Origin: Octopus bimaculoides
Lineage: Eukaryota
Assembly: GCF_001194135.2 (NCBI RefSeq)
Contig: NC_068995.1
Span: forward strand, 23,055,408-23,095,308
Direction: 5' to 3'
Length of the DNA stretch: 39,901 nt
Both the position numbers and the translations under genes were made by a program. Each line of letters begins with the position of its first letter. The first letter of the stretch is position 1. The notes below the pieces were generated by a model. That model saw only the letters and a program-made list of their open reading frames with translations, did not search any database and was not told the DNA's origin. Of the stretch, positions 34,241-39,901 are shown piece after piece.

Positions 34241-35659
34241 CTGAAATTTGTACAAATACGAGCGCTCAGACATGTACACACATACACACACGCACACACG
34301 CACACCAACACAGAGATGCACCCACAGACGCACATACAAAAACAGTCATACACCTATCAATTCCTTAAAATGCCTTCACATCTACTTAGAGATACATATA
34401 TATATGTGTGGGGTGTGTAAATGTTTACAAATATGAGTTGGTTTTATACTTTGATTTTATACTTGTGAGATATATGTATGTAGTTCTGTTAAATATTTGA
34501 TAGTGACGACCAAATGAATATATAAAAAGATTGCCTTGAGGTAGCAGCGTGGTATGTTGCATAATTTGTCAGAATAAATGAATAACTAAGAGATGTCCAA
34601 GTGTGTTGAAGAATCCTTAAAATGCACATACAGTTTCCTTATTTCTTTCTATAATGTTTGCGCTTGTAGTATTTTAATCGATTTTTTTTCTTTCTCCCTT
34701 CTCTTCCTATGTAGTTTTCACACTCTTGCTTTAGATATTTTCCCTTTGGCTTTTCATTACACATCGCTGTTAGTTTTTTTATATGTTGTTATATTTACGT
34801 TTGTGTTTTTCATTTCGACATTTCATTACTCGACTTATTTTTTTCGATTCAGAATCCTTTAGCATTCTCAACACACGTAAGCACTTACATTCACACCACA
34901 CTAGCATATATCTCTCTATTTGTATATTTACACAGCATCAAAACGCTTTATACATCAATTATATACGTACGTACATAGATATATATTAACACATATACGC
35001 ACGCATGTGTGTGTGTGTGCGAATGAGTGTGTATATATGTACGTCTAAGTATGTGTGTGTGTGTGTGTGTGTGTTCTATGAATTTATATCGGGTTTTTTT
35101 TCAGGTGTCTTTCTTTTGTTCCACATGTTGTTGTTGTTGAATTGTTGGTCTTTTCGCTTAAGTGATAGCATTCGGTTTTTAGGATAAGCTTCGATCTTTT
35201 TTAAAGTGAATTATTATTCTATTTGTCAATTTATATATACCATTATTCATACAGAACAATATACAAATCTGAGCTCTTGTAATGTACAATTTGAATTTAT
35301 ACTTACTACGCCACCACCGCAACTACCCACAGATTTTTTTCTGCTTATATATAATATTTTTTCTATTCGATTCTTTTGGTGTATAAATTAGTTATGACTT
35401 GTATAATCCGAATCAGTTGTGCATATCAAAACATTCTTGTTTACTTCTGTGTGTGTATCGACTAAAATATGCTTGTGGTTGATAGCTTTCTATCAAACAA
35501 CGTTCACCTAATGAATTTTTTATCCTAATCATGCAAAGTATATATTAAAAAAAAAAATAAGCCTGAAATCTTGCAATTGCATCCTCGTTATTTATCTTGT
35601 TATGGTTAATAATTTTGTTTGTCATATTATGTTTAGTACGGATGTTTGCTTAAACGTAC

Positions 35660-35702
35660 TGGCTTATCCTTCCGGATCTCTTTAACTCAACAATAATAGA
35701 CA
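35660..35702 (-). CDS. Candidate micro-exon (43 nt, phase 1-2)
   Basis: ttattttctgaatag|(V)SIIVELKRSGRIS|gtacgt; single open frame. Confidence 0.5.
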
Positions 35703-36142
35703 CTATTCAGAAAATAACTCATAGAAATATTATCAGTATTTCATCAATTTTGCTAAAAAAAATTTAACGTTAATTGCCATAAGATATATTGGAGGATCGT
35801 ATATGACATTGCGTATGTATAATAAAATTAAGATAAACAATGTTTACTGCAATTCATGACGAAGCAGTCAATGCGTGTATGTATTCATACATACCTAAAT
35901 GTATACATACATGCATACACAATACATTGATTCATATGTTTGAGTGCATTGGATGTATGTATGTATATATGTATCTATATATATATATATATATTCAAAA
36001 TAGTGTTCATGATCACTATATGCTTAATATACTTAATATCCTTAAATTTTACACCCTATCCAGAGCCCCTGAATTCAATATTGACATTATTTCATGATTT
36101 TTGTGAAAGATAACTACATCTAATTTTATTTTATTAACATAC

Positions 36143-36171
36143 CTCTTATTGTGTAAACATTAGTTAGAATT
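36143..36171 (-). CDS. Candidate exon, 5' part hidden in N gap (ends phase 1)
   Basis: ILTNVYTIR then GAG|gtatgt; the other two frames are closed. Confidence 0.45.
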
Positions 36172-38136
36172 NNNNNNNNNNNNNNNNNNNNNNNNNNNNN
36201 NNNNNNNNNNNNNNNNNNNNNNNNNNNNNNNNNNNNNNNNNNNNNNNNNNNNNNNNNNNNNNNNNNNNNNNNNNNNNNNNNNNNNNNNNNNNNNNNNNNN
36301 NNNNNNNNNNNNNNNNNNNNNNNNNNNNNNNNNNNNNNNNNNNNNNNNNNNNNNNNNNNNNNNNNNNNNNNNNNNNNNNNNNNNNNNNNNNNNNNNNNNN
36401 NNNNNNNNNNNNNNNNNNNNNNNNNNNNNNNNNNNNNNNNNNNNNNNNNNNNNNNNNNNNNNNNNNNNNNNNNNNNNNNNNNNNNNNNNNNNNNNNNNNN
36501 NNNNNNNNNNNNNNNNNNNNNNNNNNNNNNNNNNNNNNNNNNNNNNNNNNNNNNNNNNNNNNNNNNNNNNNNNNNNNNNNNNNNNNNNNNNNNNNNNNNN
36601 NNNNNNNNNNNNNNNNNNNNNNNNNNNNNNNNNNNNNNNNNNNNNNNNNNNNNNNNNNNNNNNNNNNNNNNNNNNNNNNNNNNNNNNNNNNNNNNNNNNN
36701 NNNNNNNNNNNNNNNNNNNNNNNNNNNNNNNNNNNNNNNNNNNNNNNNNNNNNNNNNNNNNNNNNNNNNNNNNNNNNNNNNNNNNNNNNNNNNNNNNNNN
36801 NNNNNNNNNNNNNNNNNNNNNNNNNNNNNNNNNNNNNNNNNNNNNNNNNNNNNNNNNNNNNNNNNNNNNNNNNNNNNNNNNNNNNNNNNNNNNNNNNNNN
36901 NNNNNNNNNNNNNNNNNNNNNNNNNNNNNNNNNNNNNNNNNNNNNNNNNNNNNNNNNNNNNNNNNNNNNNNNNNNNNNNNNNNNNNNNNNNNNNNNNNNN
37001 NNNNNNNNNNNNNNNNNNNNNNNNNNNNNNNNNNNNNNNNNNNNNNNNNNNNNNNNNNNNNNNNNNNNNNNNNNNNNNNNNNNNNNNNNNNNNNNNNNNN
37101 NNNNNNNNNNNNNNNNNNNNNNNNNNNNNNNNNNNNNNNNCACACATACATGTATAGATACATCATGCATACACACGCACGCAGACACGCAGACACACAC
37201 ACACACACACACACGCGCACACACGCACACACACACACACACACACATTGCATATGGGAGGATAAATAATCAAAAGGAGTATCAGTCACTACATTTGGTT
37301 GTAGGTAAATTCATTTAATAAAAGTTTGACGCAGTTCTAAATTACTTAAATATACACGGAAGCGTAGGACTCGTTTATCTCATCAAATATAACGAGGCTG
37401 ATAGGAAGGATTCATAATTATTCAAGATAATTCCTTGTATTAGAAACCGCATATAATGGCAGGAATCTTGACGTGGATCAGTAGCTCAGTACTCAATAGT
37501 CAGTGGATTATGAACACATCAACCACAGCACTTTTTACATGGGTTTAAACGAATTTGATGGCGTTAGGCTGCAAGTGAGGTTGAATGACCGATATAGTTT
37601 AGTTATAGTCAATACGTGCAGAAGAGATTAAAAACCATTTCCTCCCAGGTGAGACATTTTCTTTCTATTGATAGATGCTGCAAGTCTTTTCAGTATATGC
37701 TGACTTTTACTGAAACAGTGTTGGTAATTGTAAGCTTAGGAAAGGAGAGACACTATCCAAATTATTTATTTTATATTGGGGAAGTTATTTCAATGGTTAT
37801 GAAGTCTGCAGATGAAGAGCGACAGGGAGTGAGTGAGTTTCATAAATTATAAATGTTCGCAGTGTGCCTTATTCAATTCTTTTCGATATTGTCCGAAAAT
37901 GATGTTGAAGATCGATATATCTCTCGTTTATTCAGCCAGATTTGTTACAGTTGGTAGTGAGATTTTGAAATTTACTGGCATGCTGCTTGTATGCGGTGGT
38001 CCGGCTGTTGTGATATCTCGGGTGTGGTCTATTGTAAATTCTAACTAAGAGCAATTAATGTATTATTTAATTGAAACGATAAAGAATAATTTATATCGCA
38101 CTGTAAGTTCAGAGACTTAGGATATGAGAGACTTAC

Positions 38137-38183
38137 AATAAAATGGTGGTCGTTAATATAGCTTAATGAAGTGATGTGAAAAG
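38137..38183 (-). CDS. Candidate micro-exon (47 nt, phase 1-0)
   Basis: tttcaatatcttcag|(T)FHITSLSYINDHHFI|gtaagt; single open frame. Confidence 0.5.
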
Positions 38184-38385
38184 CTGAAGATATTGAAATA
38201 ACTAATTATATTACCTTCCGCACATTCTGACTGTTAACTCGATTTCTCACCCCTCAGTTCTAACAAATATAGCAAACAGTTAACTATAGATGCACAGGTT
38301 AGAAACGAGTACTCTCTCGGTATCATTGCAGAGCCACCAGCTATAGATTCTATCTGTCACGTAATTATTTGAATGCATTACTCAC

Positions 38386-38418
38386 TTTGACTATTGAAAC
38401 ACCACTTCCTATCACGGG
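38386..38418 (-). CDS. Candidate micro-exon (33 nt, phase 1-1)
   Basis: ttccttttaag|(x)RDRKWCFNSQ|gtgagt; two frames are open, so less diagnostic. Confidence 0.35.
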
Positions 38419-38678
38419 CTTAAAAGGAATTTAACAATGTCTAACTGATTGCATGCTAACTGTACGTGTCCAAAGCTTCAATATTAATACATTGAATTAC
38501 CAGCTGATTCGCAATAAAGGTAAACTTGTAATGAGTGTTTTTTTGTTCTATTTATTATTAAATTAGTCGGTGTGTGTGTATGTATGTGTGCGTGTGTGTG
38601 TGTGTGTGAACGTGAATAAATATTTGTGTGTATATATGGCAGACATATATGTGTGATTTTGTATTATAAGTTTAACCT

Positions 38679-39058
38679 AACAATATATGATTTTGGCTGA
38701 AGCCTAAGTTTGCATTCAATTCTTTTATGTCCAGTTTAATATACTTCAACAATGAGATCGTTGTATTCATAGAAATGAATATCGTCCCATTTTGGATAAG
38801 AGCATACATTATCGTACTCCTTATTTTGATATCTTGTAGCTCGGTGCACATTGTTTGGAAGTGTTCCCTCTGCAGAGACCAAACAATGTGCACCGAGCTA
38901 CAAGATATCAAAATAAGGAGTGCGATAATGTATGCTCTTATCCAAAATGGGACGATATTCATTTCTATGAATACAACGATCTCATTGTTGAAGTATATTA
39001 AACTGGACATAAAAGAATTGAATGCAAACATAGGCTTCAGCTAAAATCATATATTGTT
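38679..39058. repeat. Near-perfect 380-bp palindrome (180-bp arms, 20-nt loop)
   Basis: 38679-38858 vs 38879-39058 with 3 mismatches (38695/39042, 38707/39030, 38815/38922). Confidence 0.97.
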
Positions 39059-39070
39059 CTATATCTTCAT

Positions 39071-39458
39071 GGTGGTGGCACAATGGCCCAGTGGTTAGGG
39101 CAGCGGACTCGCGGTCATAGGATCGTGGTTTCGATTCCCAGACCGGGCGTTGTGAGTGTTTATTGAGCGAAAACATCTAAAGCACCACGAGGCTCCGGCA
39201 GGGTATGGTGGCGAAACCTGCTGAACTCTTTCGAAACAAATTTCTCTCACTCTTCCTTCCTGTTTCTGTTGTGCCTCTAATTCAAAGGGTCAGCCTTGTC
39301 GCACTGTGTCACGTTGAATATCGCCGAAAACTACGTTAAGGGTACATGTGTCTGTGGAGTGCTCAGCCACTTGCACGTTAATTTCACGAGCAGGCTGTTC
39401 CGTTGATCGGATCAACTGGAACTCTCGACGTCGTAAGCGACGGAGTACCAACAACAAC
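39071..39458 (+). mobile_element. tRNA-derived SINE family S4, full length
   Basis: A box TGGCCCAGTGG (39084), B box GGTTTCGATTCCC (39127), tRNA-Arg-like GGACTCGCGGTC arm, (CAA)n tail. Confidence 0.9.
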
Positions 39459-39469
39459 ATATTTTGATG

Positions 39470-39880
39470 GCAAATTTGGAGCCCTTGGCATATTTTCAAG
39501 GAGTGGCCCTACTCTGCAGTGCACTGAGGATGTTTCTTTAGTAAACTTGTAGAAGGCCCTGGGGTTAGATCTTGTATTGTCTATAGCCCAGGTTTTTTTC
39601 TTTGATCTTTTTCATTGGTGGGCTGCACATTTTTTCCAATCTTCAGCCGCTGTATTTTCAGGCTGGATTTCTCAATGCTTTCAGTTAGTGTGTTTAGGTG
39701 TTTTGAAATATTTGTATGCTGTTTCATCAGAATTGTCTTCGTGTGTACAGTAGCCTTTCTCTCCAGAACACATTTGTAGCAATTGGCTTGCATTACAGAC
39801 ATGAATTTTTGAAGTTTCATGGTGATGTCCGGTGAGGGGAGACATTTAGACCAGTTTTGTTTGAGGATCTCTTTCTCAAT
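39470..39880 (-). mobile_element. CR1-group LINE fragment (region between endonuclease and RT)
   Basis: Minus strand ..WAIDNTRSNPRAFYKFTKETSSVHCRVGPLL resembles the I+.NPKAFY.Y.+.....+GPL linker motif. Confidence 0.65.
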
Positions 39881-39901
39881 GTGTTATATATATATATATA
39901 T

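Noticed and set aside
7117-37289. Long ORFs containing X runs or poly-I/Y/T/H/R/C tracts
   Set aside because: Artefacts of N gaps and microsatellites; no coding signal.
37340-38050. Possible decayed retroelement ORF on the minus strand
   Set aside because: No motif confidently recognised in any frame.
38672-39044. 105-aa and 119-aa near-identical ORFs on both strands
   Set aside because: A direct consequence of the palindrome; no splice or homology support.
1-39901. CRISPR arrays, rRNA genes, prokaryotic operons or terminators
   Set aside because: None seen; the sequence is eukaryotic repeat-rich DNA and no regularly spaced repeat-spacer array exists.

Overview
AT-rich, microsatellite-dense eukaryotic DNA with many N gaps. 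The repeat families look like those of a coleoid cephalopod (Octopus-like); this is an inference from recalled repeat families, not a database result. Most of the window is decayed mobile DNA: seven R4/Dong-type LINE fragments tied to (TAA)n/(GAT)n tracts, two HERO-like RLE LINE fragments, two CR1-group LINE fragments, a mariner remnant, a Penelope-like GIY-YIG remnant, several tRNA-derived SINE families and a 197-bp non-autonomous Helitron. No intact protein-coding gene or transposase is visible. Most interesting signals: (1) three unrelated families of minimal hammerhead-ribozyme-like motifs, one in a composite tRNA head-(TAA)n-hammerhead element whose TAA tract attracts Dong insertions, one with a CUGUUGA core, and one with a ~63-nt loop II reconstructed from two copies; (2) two long palindromes (180-bp arms with 3 mismatches; 428 bp with perfect 91-bp outer arms); (3) a phase-consistent chain of 29-47 nt minus-strand candidate exons encoding a protein I do not recognise. 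All exon and ribozyme calls are pattern-based and untested.
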